Shown here: positions 11,916 to 22,540 of the stretch, in pieces | Position numbering within the stretch: position 1 is the stretch's first letter | Layout of the letters: every line of letters starts with the position of its first letter | Source of the DNA: Blastocladiella emersonii ATCC 22665 | Taxonomy: Eukaryota > Fungi > Blastocladiomycota | Direction of reading: 5' to 3' | Length of the DNA: 64,000 nucleotides | Assembly: GCA_025594325.1 (NCBI GenBank) | Contig: JANHCV010000003.1 | Span: 434,001 to 498,000, forward strand | Position numbers and translations under genes: made by a program | Notes under the pieces: generated by a model | Databases searched by the model: none | Seen by the model: the letters and a program-made list of their open reading frames with translations, nothing else | Told to the model about the DNA's origin: nothing

Positions 11916-12879
11916 GCGTTGCATCATCCCCTGCCTGTGAGCCTCGGACGCGTTCCCCGATGTGATGTGTGTGTGGTTGCGACCAGGAGAAGCGGGCGTC
12001 GTGCGTGCGCGAGTGTGGGTCGCCCTTTGCAGTCACCTCCAATGCACTTCGATCTGCTCACTCCTCCTCTCGCCCCGCCGTCCGTCGTTTAGAAGTACTC
12101 GCAACACTTCGCTCCCCTTGCTCCGTATCTGGCTCGGTTCCCTTGGAACCTCTCTGGCATCTCCACCATGTATGGCTCCCCAACAACGTAGGGCGACCAT
12201 GCATCGCCCCTCACACTCACGCACGCTTACCTGCACAGACCAACTATGCACACCACACAATCTTGCACTATGATGGGCGCACCTGCACCGCCAGCACCTC
12301 TCCGCGCCACCATGCTCGCCTCGCGTCGCTCTGCGAACAGTCGCGCCCTCCCCGCGCCGTCTTGCGGGCGACGGCGTTGCAATCGCTGCGCGGCTGGCTG
12401 CCTTGCCCCGCTCGCCTCGCATCGTCGCGCGAGTACCAGCACTGCGTGCCTGCTCGCCATCGCGCTCCTCGCGGACTCTTGGCCATCTCCCGCAGTGCAC
12501 GACGTGGCATCACGCTCATCACGCACAATCTGAGCCCCTACGCTCCGCCTACCTGCTGGTTCGGCGCGGGGTCCCACATCCCGCTCGCCATCCGATCTCC
12601 CGCGACACGAACCACTCCACACGCTCTCCGCCATCCTACGTTCCGCACGTCCCCAACTCGCTCCTCGCCCTTGTGGAAACCGCGCGTCCCGTGTGACGTC
12701 GGTCCTCGCACGGTCCACGGCGCCCTACCGCCCTGTTGGCCGTGTACACTCGCGCTACCCACGCTCGCGTAATCCACGGTGCACCACGCTGTTCGGCCCC
12801 GGCCGAGCCGCAGTTCCCCGATTGCACTCGCGCAAGCTGTGCATTCCGCGCGGCATCCCGCTCGCTGACTCGCTTGCGC

Positions 12880-14150
12880 GATCCACGTCTTCCCGCGCGA
12901 CACCTGCTCTCGCGCGAGTTGCGCACACCGCTCGTCGCCCACTAGCGCGACGCGCGCGTCCCGCTCGTCGCCCGCTCGTACGACCCGCGACATCCCGCTC
13001 GGCGCCGGCACTTGTGCGAGCTGCGGAACCCGCATGACGCCCGCACTCGCGCCATCCGCACCACCCGCTCGTCGCCCGTTCGCGCGATCCGCGCGTCCTG
13101 CACGTCGCGCAGTCCGCGCGTCTCGCTCGTCGCCCACTCGTGCGATCCACGCGTTCCGCTCGTCGCCCGTTCGCGCGATCCGCGCGTCCCGCTCGTCACC
13201 TGCACCCGCGCGAGCTGTGCGTCCTTCTCGCCGCCTGCGCTCGCGCGATCCGCGACGTCCCGCATGGCACTCGCTACTAGATCGAGCTGTGCATCCCGCT
13301 AGCCGCTGGCGCTCGCGTGATCCGCGACGTCCTTCGCGGCCCCTGCGCCCGCGCGATCCGCGTTTTTCCCGCTCGCCACCTGCACTTGCGCGGCCAACGG
13401 TACCCTGTCCTCCGCCTGCGCCCACGCGATCCGCGACATCTTGCACGGTGCCTGCGCTCGCGCGATCCGCAACACCACGCTCGTCGTCTACGCTCGCGCG
13501 ATCCGCGGCATCATGATCGCTGTCGGCGCTCGTGCGACCAGTGATACCCCGTTCGCCGCCTGCGCTCGCGCGATCCGCGGCATCCCGTCGCGCACCGGCG
13601 CTCGCGCGATTTGCAGCATCCCGCTCGTCGCACGCGTCGCGCATCCCCCTTGCCGCCCGCGCTCACGCGATCCCGTGACGCTCCACCACGGCGCACACGC
13701 CCGCGCGATCCACGGCATTGCGCTCAGCGCCCACACTCGCGCAATCCGCGGCACCCGCTTGACGCACGCGCTCGCGCGATCCGCAGCACCTTCTTGCCGC
13801 CTGCGCTCACGCTGGCCGCGCACCCCGCTCGCTGTGCGCCCTCACGCGAGGCGCGCGCTGACAGCACCCCGTTTGCCATCCGCATTTGCGCTACCCACGG
13901 CACCCCGCTCGCCCGCTTGACTCGCACAATTTGTGGTATCCCGCTCGCACGCTGGACCCGCACGACCCGCAGCATCCCGCTCGTCTTCCAACGTCGCGCA
14001 AGTCGCACATCCTTCTCACCGAAGGCACCTGCGCAATCTGCGGCACCCCGCTCGCTTCGCGCACCCTCCTCGCCGTACGCGCCTGCGCGATTCGCGCATC
14101 CCGCTCACCGCATGCGCTTGCGCGTGCTGCATCATCCCGCCTGCAGTTCA
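12880..14150 (+). repeat. Degenerate GC-rich minisatellite (~36-42 bp, core CGCGCGATCCGC)
   Basis: About 8 near-perfect cores and many variants, producing RAIRG and ADRASAG peptide repeats in the ORF track. Confidence 0.8.
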
Positions 14151-14322
14151 CACTCTGTTGAACTGCTGCGCCTTACCTGCTGGGTGCTGCCTTGTGGTTA
14201 CCTCCTGTCACACTCCCTATCCGCTGCTACGCGGCCTGCTGCAGCCCTTCGCGCGCTGCGCGCCGTGCTCGCACCGCTGTGCGCTCCCTACATGCCCCTA
14301 CGCTTGCTCCTGCCTCATGGTG

Positions 14323-14680
14323 GTTGGGGGAGCGGCCGCGTCTGTCCCGCCTCTTGCTGTTGGGGGAGTGGCCGCGCCTGTCTTGCTGCTTGCCATTGGG
14401 GGAGTTGCCGCGCCCGTCCCGCTGCCCGCCATCAACGAGCCTGAGCTGGCCACCATCGCCGACGGGTTCTACGCCAACGCCGCGCTCCTGCCCGACCGGC
14501 TCAACGCCATCAAGGCGGCCGCGGCAACGACGCGCTGCTCGCTGTCGGGGGAGCCGCTGCGCCCGATCCGCCGCTCACCGTCGGGGGAGCCGCTGCGCCC
14601 GACCCGCCGCTCGCCGTCGGGGGAGCCGCTGCGCCTGACCCGCCGCTCGCCGTCGGGGGAGCCGCCGCACCTCGCCCGTC
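14323..14680 (+). repeat. Two related 36-bp arrays (VGGAAAxxPPLA)
   Basis: Units at 14323, 14359 and 14395, then 14544, 14580, 14616 and 14652. The two arrays lie in different frames, with a frameshift near 14522. Confidence 0.85.
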
Positions 14681-17600
14681 CGACATCTCCATTGAGATGG
14701 GGGGAGGAACCTTGGACTCGGCCCCGGCCCGCGCATCTGGCCCCGCCGCCGGCGATGCACCACCACTACCGCCGTTGCCATCCACCACCGGCACCTCTTC
14801 CTCAACACGGTCTCGATTTCCTTGTTCATTCTCAAAATCTGAAGCCAAGACTGCCACCTCGACGGCCATCCTGCACCTTCGGTTCGGCCACGCCGGCTGC
14901 AACGCGCTGCGCAAGCTCTTCGACCCGATCTACCACCTCTTCTCCGAGCACAAGTTGCACCTGGCCGACAAGACGCTTGACAACGACTGCTTCATCTGCA
15001 AATCGCATAAGGAGGTGTTCCAGTCGCTCCCATCCACGGGCAACACCACCAACGCCCCGCTTGAGCTGCTCCAGGTGGACTTAAATGTCATCAATTATGC
15101 GCCGTTGCACATCCACGGCTACCGCTACGTCATGGCCGTGCACAACGACTTCTCCTGGCTCGCGTGGCTCGTGCTGCTCAAGAAGAAGAGTGAGGCCGCC
15201 CAGAAGCTCCGCCACCTCCTCAACCGCATCGAGCGCAACCTGTCGCACAAGGTTGTCCACCTGCGCTGCAACGGCGAGGGCTCGTTCCGCAGCAACTCGT
15301 TTGTGTCGTGGTGCAGCACCATGGGCATCCAGCTCGAGCCAACGGTCCCCGGCCACCACGGCGGCAACGGCTCGGTCGAGCGCCTGTTCTGCACGCTCAA
15401 CGAGCGCGTCTGCGCCTACCTCCAGCACGTCGACCGCTGCCTCGTGTTCAACCAGACCCCGCGCGCCGGCCTCAACTGGAAGACGCCATACGAGGTCCTC
15501 TATGGCCGCGTGCCTAACCTCGCCAACATCCGCGCGTGGGGCGTCACCGCGCTCGCGCCGCCGCGGCACGGCACGCACGTGCGCAAGCTTGACCCATCAG
15601 CGCGCCTGTATATCTTCCTCGGCCATGGCGACAACGAGGCCAAGACGCACGTCATGCTCAACCTGCAGACCAAGCGCATCGTGCGCGTCCGGCTCGCCGT
15701 GTTCGACAAACAAGCGCTCGTCAAGCGCGCCATGTTGAGCGTGGAAGCCTTCCACCGCCTCTTCAAGGACTACGAGACGCAGTACACCAAGGATGACGGG
15801 GCTCGTCAACTCCCCGGCAACGACAAGTACTCGCCCTCGCAGGACGGCACCCAGTACGACGAGGGGTTCGACTCCGAGGAGGAGGTCAACCAGTTCCTGT
15901 ACAAGATCAACGGGCCAACCGCGTCCGGCGGTGCACGCGTACACGCGCCCGGTCCCGCGCCGCGCGCCGAGTTGCCGATCCCCAGTCCCGCACCGCGCGC
16001 TGAGTCGCTGATCCCCAAGATCGCACCGCGCGCTGAGTCGCCGATCCCTGAGATCGCGCCACGCGTCAATCCGCCGGCACCCGAGATCGCGCCGCACGGC
16101 GACCCGCCAATCCCCGCACGTTTCGGCGACCTCGTATACAACAAGAAGACAGACTCGTACCGGTACCCGCCCACGTCAACCAGAACGCGCATCGGCCGCA
16201 CCGTCGCTCGGCCCATGCTCAACCTTGCGCTGCCCGACCCGTTCGCGGCTGTGTCGCTGTTCCACGCCCCACGTAAACAGGCCACCAACATTGTCGCCAC
16301 TGCGACGGCCCATCCGTCGCAGCTCACCACCGGCGTGTCCCAGTCGGTCATGTTCACCATGATCGACGTGCCACGCAACTACCGCGACGCGTGCAAGTCC
16401 AAGAACTTCACCAAGTGGTTTGCCACGCAGAACACGGAGCTCACGGCGCTGATCAACAACGGCACCTGGATCGTGATCAAGAAGGCCAACGTCCCCGCCG
16501 GCGAACGCATCATCGGCTTGCAGTGGGTCTACGCATACAAGGCCGCCAAGGACATCTTCAAGGCGCGCCTCATTGCCCGAGGAGACCAGCAGCGCGTCGG
16601 CCTCGACGTCGATAACTGCTACTTGCCCACGGTCTCGTACGCGTCGATCCGCACCTTCTTCGCCGTCGCCGCGTCGCGCAGGTGGTGTATCCACTCCATG
16701 GACGTCTCAAACGCGTACGTCCACGCTGACTTGCCCAAGCCCATGTACATGTACCTGCCACCGGGCATCGGCGCCGCGCCCAACGACGTGTTCCTCCTCA
16801 AGAAGTCGATCTACGGTCTCAAGAACGCCGGCCGCAAGTGGTACTTGTTACTCTTGTCCAAGGTTGAGAAGCTCAGGTTCAAGCGCACGACGGCCAACCC
16901 ATGCGTGTTCTCGCGCAAGCTCGACGGCTCCGTGACCAACCTCGTGTGCTACGTCGACAACCTCCTCATCGGCGGCGACAACAAGCTGCAGGTTGAGCGC
17001 GTCAAGTCCGACCTTGCCAAGGTCTTCACCATCAAGGACCTTGGTCCCGCCGACTCGTTTTTGAACATGGAGGTGGTCCAACACAACGACTACATCTGGA
17101 TTGGCCAGTTGCAGTACATCAAGGACCTTGTCAAGCAGTGGGGCCTTGAACCGCCCAACACCCGGGTCCCCATCTCGCGGCTGCCCAAGTCGGGCCTCAC
17201 CAACTCCATGATCGCCTTGACCAACTACAACGGCAAGGTCCCGAACGCTGGCGACAACAGTGACACAGAGTACGACGAGTCGCAGGCCGACGCGTCCCGC
17301 ACGACCAGCGCCCTCGACGCAGATCGGACCCGCGAGTACCAGTCGGTCCTCGGCGCCCTGCTCCACCTCACCACCGTGTTGCGGCCTGACATTGCGTTTG
17401 CAGTCGGTGTTGCGGCTCGCCGCGCATCGTGCCCGACGTTTGACGACTGCAAGCTGCTCGCCCAAATCTCGCGCTATGTGACCAGCACGCCCGATCTGGG
17501 GCTCAAGTACACACGCGGCGCCTTGATTGCCAACTCGCTCCAGTGCTTCGCCGACGCCGATTACGCCGGCGACAAGGCGACGTGCCGCTCGACCTCAGGC

Positions 17601-18035
17601 GTCATGATCCTGATTGCGGGCGCCCCCGTCGCGTGGATCTCCAAGCGCCAGGCATGGGTGGCGCTGTCAACGGTCGAGTTGGAGCTCAACGCCGCCACCG
17701 AGGCAACGCCCGAGATCATCTGGATCAAGGACCTGCTCGAGCAGATGACGCACACCACGCTCGGCACAATCGTCCTGCAGGAGGACAACGCGCCGCTCAT
17801 TGCCACCACCAACAACACCGTTGCCGTGTACCGCTCGGTCAAGCACGTCACGGTCCGCATCGCCTTCATCCGCTAGAAGGTCAACACGGGCGTGATCTCG
17901 ATCAACAAGGTCGCGTCCGAGAACAACCTCGCCGACTTCTTCACCAAGCCCATTGTGAGCACGTTCAACTGGGCCGTGTCCCGACTCGGCCTTCACCTGC
18001 ACCCGCTCGCCAAGCGCAACATCACCAAGGCGTAG
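14523..18035 (+). pseudogene. Copia pol: GAG-pre-integrase, integrase, RT, RNase H
   Basis: Motifs HLRFGH...CFIC, LLQVDL, GNGSVER, KARLIARG, LKKSIYGLK, YVDNLL, ADADYAGD...RSTSG and ADFFTKP. There is an in-frame TAG at 17874-17876, and catalytic Asp residues read Asn. Confidence 0.92.
15957..16116 (+). repeat. 33-bp in-frame repeat x5 (APRAESPIPEI) in the IN-RT linker
   Basis: Units at 15957, 15990, 16023, 16056 and 16089. Confidence 0.85.
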
Positions 18036-18056
18036 GCTCCCCCTCGACCAGCAGTC

Positions 18057-18063
18057 GGGGGAG
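18057..18063 (+). promoter_or_regulatory. Polypurine tract GGGGGAG
   Basis: It immediately precedes the 3' LTR. Confidence 0.8.
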
Positions 18064-18388
18064 AGTTCAAGTACACACGCGCACGCTGGCCCAACCGCGA
18101 GAGACACGTCGGGCAATCACGCGAGTGGCACGCGCTGGCGGCGCCACACTTCCAGTCACCGCTGGCGGACTGCCTCGCTGCGGGGTCGCACGCTCATCTC
18201 AAGCGAGCGTCTCCGCTCCCTCTGGTTTTGTTCGAGATCGCTGCTACTATTAGCCGTCGTTATACACCCTCTCCTCCCTTCTGTGTCTACCTCCTTCGCT
18301 GTGTCCATCACCGTCTCCATCATCTCCTCAGCCTTCCGTGCATCGTGCTCAACCTTCCTCTCACACCCTGCACCTGTACGCCTCAACT
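18064..18388 (+). repeat. 3' LTR (AGTTCAAG...CTCAACT)
   Basis: 317/325 identical to the 5' LTR and followed by TSD GGGTG. Confidence 0.95.
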
Positions 18389-18872
18389 GGGTGCGCGTCT
18401 GGCTTGGACTGAAAGTTCTTGCCAATCGCCGGTCTCACGCAGACGCAAGGCAACATGTCCTTCTCGGCCAGTCTCTTCATGGCCTGGTTTGCCATTGCCG
18501 AGCTCCTTGCCACCTTCACCCTTAGGGGCTCGCCCACGATCAACCCAACGGTGAGAGCGAATGCCAGTCCGTGTTCCAGCTCCTCCATTGCATGGGCTCT
18601 GACGCGGCCAAGAACTGCGAGGCAATGATCAAGGTCACAGTCGTCCAGTGTCATTGCACTCTTGCTCATCCTCCTCAATCTCGTTGGCAGTTTCCCATTC
18701 TTTGGGCGCGAGCCCGTATATTGAGACAGTTACTTTACAATTGAGTGAAATATAGCTACAAAGGTACTTCTGCGATACGTCATTACTCCATGGAATGTGC
18801 CACGGTCGCAAGGAGAGGCCACAATCGTCATGGTCGCGGGTCATCTCGAGCAGCGGCAGCAGCAAGGCCAGA

Positions 18873-18969
18873 GAAACCACGCAGAACTGTAGGTGATGGA
18901 TAAGCCACTTCACGTGATATTCGTAGACTAATAAAACCAAAACAAACGACCCAGTCTGAACCCCGCCTC
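18873..18969. repeat. DIRS left ITR
   Basis: Reverse complement of 22541-22637, 94/97 identical. Confidence 0.92.
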
Positions 18970-19062
18970 TTCACGTCACGCCCAACTGGCAACTGATTTG
19001 GTCCACAGCGACGCTGTTGCCCTGTAACTCCACGCAATCTGCTCTACACACACTACTCTTTC

Positions 19063-20205
19063 ATGGACGATGCAGCAGTCCTGGGCCAGGCGTTCCTCGG
19101 CCTCCAGCAGGAAGTCGCTGTACTCTGCCAGCAGCTTGGGCAGCAGCAACAGCAGCAGCAACGACAGCAGCAGCAACATGAACAACAACAAGCAGAAGCT
19201 GATCCTCATGCGTCCTCCCCACTGGCGCCCTTGCACCGCGCGGACCCTCCACGCGGCAGGGCTCTTGCCAGCTGGTACAAGCGCGCCCGCAGCGGTCATG
19301 CCCTCACGCAGCCGCTTCTGGACTCCTTCATCAACAACCGCGCGGGTGGCCGCCTCCAGAACCACGGATTCGGCCAGCAGTACCCCGCGCCTGATCATCC
19401 TCTCTTCAACTCGCTGTCCGAGATTGATGTCTTCGCCTGCGTCGGCTTCGAGGGCGCTTCTGGTACCGGCTGGACCCATGCTGTGGTCGAGAAGCGCCTG
19501 CGCGACTACCAGTCCGAGCTTAACCTCGGTGCTCGCGTCGCTCTACAGCAGCTGCACTACGCTCAAGAGCTTCTACGCCGCGTCAATCCAGACGGCTTCC
19601 GCCGCTGCTATGGCGACGCCGCCGGTGACGCGCTCGGTCCGGACGACCTCGCCAGCTTCGTCTACCCGCCCAAGCCCATGTTTGACGCCAACGGCCAGCC
19701 CGTCCTTGACGGGGCAGGCCAGCAGCTCATCAAGACGTACCCGCATCCCCCTTGTCTCGTCGCAACCCTCTGGGCTATGCACGATGCAGCGCGCGACCAG
19801 CTCGCGCACAACCGGCACCATTTCGGCCTTCTCAAAGCTGCGCGTCGCGACAACGTGGCCGCTGGCGCCCGCTTCCCGGCGGCGGTCGCCGAGTTCGTCC
19901 GCTTGGTCCCCAGCAACGGTGACCAGTTCCTCTTTGGTCCTGATGTCGAGCGCACCTTCGACGCCGCTCGCACTGTCCAGTCTACCGACGCTATCATCAA
20001 GCTCGCCAACAGGGCGGGAAACGCTTCGGGCGGCGACGTCAGTGGTCGTGGCGGCGCCGCATCTTCCCGAGGCGCCCCAGCCGCGCAGGGGCGCGGCCGG
20101 GGTCGCGGTGGCTTCCGCAGCCACCAGCAGTACCAGCAGCAGTACCAGCAACCTCAACAGCAGCAGCCTCAACAGCAGCCGCAGTCCAACCCGAAGCTCA
20201 ACTAG
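19063..20205 (+). CDS. DIRS gag-like protein (Gln-rich ends), 380 aa
   Basis: First ORF after the left ITR, strongly codon-biased. The pol frame overlaps its 3' end. Confidence 0.7.
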   Translation: MDDAAVLGQAFLGLQQEVAVLCQQLGQQQQQQQRQQQQHEQQQAEADPHASSPLAPLHRADPPRGRALASWYKRARSGHALTQPLLDSFINNRAGGRLQNHGFGQQYPAPDHPLFNSLSEIDVFACVGFEGASGTGWTHAVVEKRLRDYQSELNLGARVALQQLHYAQELLRRVNPDGFRRCYGDAAGDALGPDDLASFVYPPKPMFDANGQPVLDGAGQQLIKTYPHPPCLVATLWAMHDAARDQLAHNRHHFGLLKAARRDNVAAGARFPAAVAEFVRLVPSNGDQFLFGPDVERTFDAARTVQSTDAIIKLANRAGNASGGDVSGRGGAASSRGAPAAQGRGRGRGGFRSHQQYQQQYQQPQQQQPQQQPQSNPKLN

Positions 20206-20294
20206 CGGCCGTTGCGACGGTCGCGCCAGCGGCCAGCTCCGAGGACGAGATCTTCCTGTCAACGCTCGCCAAGGGCACGCGCTTCTCGTTTGAG

Positions 20295-22154
20295 GTGGTC
20301 GACACGTCCATGAGGGCGGACCAGTGGGCCTCGAGGACGACCAACGTCGAAGCGCGCAAGATGGCGACCGAGGGCGTCCGCCTGTTGTTCATGACGCCGC
20401 CGCCGGACCGTTTGGCGGCGCCAATGCGCGAGTTCCGCCACTTGGACGAGGACCTGGCCAAGATCACGCTGCAGATCGACGAGCTCATCGCAACGGGGGC
20501 GGTGGAGCCGTGCCCGCGTCTGCGGTACATGTTGTCGCCGTTCCTTGTCTGCCAGCCTGACAAGGACCGGCTCTGCTTTGACATGTCGGAGCTGTCTGAG
20601 CACCTGACGCGCAACTCGTTCAAGATGGAGTCGCTCGCGGTGGCGACGCTGATGCTGTCCAGGGGCTGCTACCTGGCCAAGCTCGACCTCAAGTCGGCGT
20701 ACCACAGTGTGCCGGTGCACCCCGCGCACTGCAACTTCCTGGCCTTCAACTGGGCCAGTTGGACGTGGCGCTGGCGCGTCCTCCTGTTTGGCCTCGGGTC
20801 GGCGCCGCGCCTGTTCACCAAGGTGATCCAGGGCGCGCTCCAGCCGTTGCGCGCGGCGGGGCACAAGTTCGTCCAGTACATTGACAACATTCTGGTGATT
20901 GGCGAGACGCCTGAGCAGGTGCGCGCGACTCTCGCCGCTCTCGCTTGCCAGCTGCTGGCCCTGGGCTACACCCTGAACCTGACCAAGTCGTGCCTCGTCC
21001 CCGCCCGCGTCCAGACGTTCCTCGGGTTCAAGATCAACACGACCAACATGACGCTGTCGCTCCCCAAGGAGAAGGTCCGCAAGATCAAGCGCGAGTGCCG
21101 CTCGCTGCTTGCGGCGGGTTGGTGCTCGGCGCGTCGGCTGGCAGCGGTCCTTGGCATGCTCAACTCGACAGCGCAGGGGTTCCGGCTGGCGCTGATCCAG
21201 CAGCGGTGGCTCCAGCGCTGCCTGTCATTTGGCCTCGCGCGCACGTCGTCGTGGGCGGCGACAATCCCGATCTCGCCGAGCGCCCGCAAGGAGCTGACGT
21301 GGTGGGTGACCAACGTTCGTCGCTGGAACGGTCGTTCGTTCATCCTGCCGACCGCGGCCATCGAGTTCACGACCACAACGGACGCCAGCCAGACAGGCTG
21401 GGGGATCGTTTTCTCAGATGGCACAACGCAGGGGTCGTGGTCGCTGTGGGAGGCGGCGCAGTCAAGCAACTACCGCGAGCTCAAGACGATCCTGTTCGCC
21501 ATCAAGATCAAGTGCCGCAAGTGGTCGGGTCGGGTGGTGCGGCTCCGGTCTGACAACGCGACGGCGATCGCCATGGTCAACGAGCAGGGCGGCACGGCGT
21601 CGCCCAAGCTGCTGGCGCTGGCCAAGGAGCTGTGGTCGCTCCTGCTCGAGTACAACATCCACCTGACGGCGTCGTTCATCAAGGGCGTTGAGAACGTGGC
21701 GGCGGACCGCGCGAGCCGGGTCCTTGTCAATCGGCACCGGTACTCGCTGACGTCGGCGGCGTTCAAGCGCGCCATGGCGGCGCTGCGCGCGAGCCCGACG
21801 GTCGATCTGTTCGCCGACCGAGTCAACACGCAGCTCCCGGCCTACTACTCGCTGCAGCCAGATCCGCAAGCACTGGGCACCGACGCGTTCAAGTTCCAGT
21901 GGCCGAGGACGGGCGCGTACGCGTTTCCGCCGCCAAACCAGATCGCGCGGGTCGCCCAACGGGTGCGATCAGCGCGGATTCGCGATCTGATCCTCGTCAC
22001 GCCGGCGTGGCGGTTGCAGCTGTGGTACCCAGCGCTGCTCCCGCTTGCGATGGCCAAGCCGCTGCACCTGCCTTCCAGCGCGGTGCTGCGGGAGTCGCCG
22101 ACTACGCACCGTGTCCATCCGTCGGCATCGGGTGTCTTCGTCTGGCGGCTATGA
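20295..22154 (+). CDS. DIRS RT - RNase H - Dam-like N6-adenine methyltransferase domain (RT motif YIDN, probably dead)
   Basis: RT: KLDLKSAYH, LLFGLGSAP, QYIDNIL. RNase H: TDASQTGWG, NYREL, SDNATA, NVAADRASR. MT: VDLFAD...DAF...YAFPP...LVTPAW...WY. Confidence 0.9.
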   Translation: MVDTSMRADQWASRTTNVEARKMATEGVRLLFMTPPPDRLAAPMREFRHLDEDLAKITLQIDELIATGAVEPCPRLRYMLSPFLVCQPDKDRLCFDMSELSEHLTRNSFKMESLAVATLMLSRGCYLAKLDLKSAYHSVPVHPAHCNFLAFNWASWTWRWRVLLFGLGSAPRLFTKVIQGALQPLRAAGHKFVQYIDNILVIGETPEQVRATLAALACQLLALGYTLNLTKSCLVPARVQTFLGFKINTTNMTLSLPKEKVRKIKRECRSLLAAGWCSARRLAAVLGMLNSTAQGFRLALIQQRWLQRCLSFGLARTSSWAATIPISPSARKELTWWVTNVRRWNGRSFILPTAAIEFTTTTDASQTGWGIVFSDGTTQGSWSLWEAAQSSNYRELKTILFAIKIKCRKWSGRVVRLRSDNATAIAMVNEQGGTASPKLLALAKELWSLLLEYNIHLTASFIKGVENVAADRASRVLVNRHRYSLTSAAFKRAMAALRASPTVDLFADRVNTQLPAYYSLQPDPQALGTDAFKFQWPRTGAYAFPPPNQIARVAQRVRSARIRDLILVTPAWRLQLWYPALLPLAMAKPLHLPSSAVLRESPTTHRVHPSASGVFVWRL

Positions 22155-22377
22155 CACAACGCGTGGCGCGACTCGGGCAGCTGAGCTCGCCCAAAACGCG
22201 TCCTTCCTCGGCCCGCCGCGTGCTCCAGCTCCTCGCACTCGCGGTGCACCTGTTCCTCGTCCTCTGCCGCCCGTCCCGCACCATGGTCAAGATCGCGCTC
22301 CGCGGCCAAGTGGGACCGCTGCTGCGCGCCGCGTCCGCGGCGCCCGCGTGCTTGGGGTTGTGGCTACTGCACGAAAA

Positions 22378-22467
22378 ATCCATCACCTACGGTTCTGCGT
22401 GGTTTCTTGAGGCACCACCGCTAGAGCCACTGAAGGTGGCGTGTGGTGATGGAGGAAACCACGCAGA
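22378..22467. repeat. DIRS internal complementary region (circle-junction copy)
   Basis: 22378-22406 is complementary to the left terminus and 22407-22467 to the right end 22625-22685 (59/61). Confidence 0.9.
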
Positions 22468-22540
22468 CCGGGCCCACCCACGCGGCCGCAGCCGCGTCTC
22501 CTCTCCCTTTGTTTTTCTCATCCGGTTGGGCGTGCCGCTT

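Larger units (their letters stand above)
10864..18388 (+). mobile_element. Full-length Ty1/copia LTR retrotransposon (7525 bp), inactivated
   Basis: Two 325-bp LTRs, TSD GGGTG at 10859-10863 and 18389-18393, PBS, PPT, and domain order IN-RT-RH. Confidence 0.95.

Noticed and set aside
12538-13644. 368-aa minus-strand ORF with ADRASAG repeats
   Set aside because: It is the stop-free translation of a GC-rich minisatellite antisense to the copia element, with no independent coding signal.
14697-14730. TLDSA as the copia protease active site
   Set aside because: It lacks the DSG glycine and the surrounding motifs, and it is too close to the pre-integrase motif.
22045-22410. TTRGATRAA as a remnant of the DIRS recombinase HSTR box
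   Set aside because: It has no His, no upstream Arg box and no downstream catalytic Tyr context. It is too weak to call.
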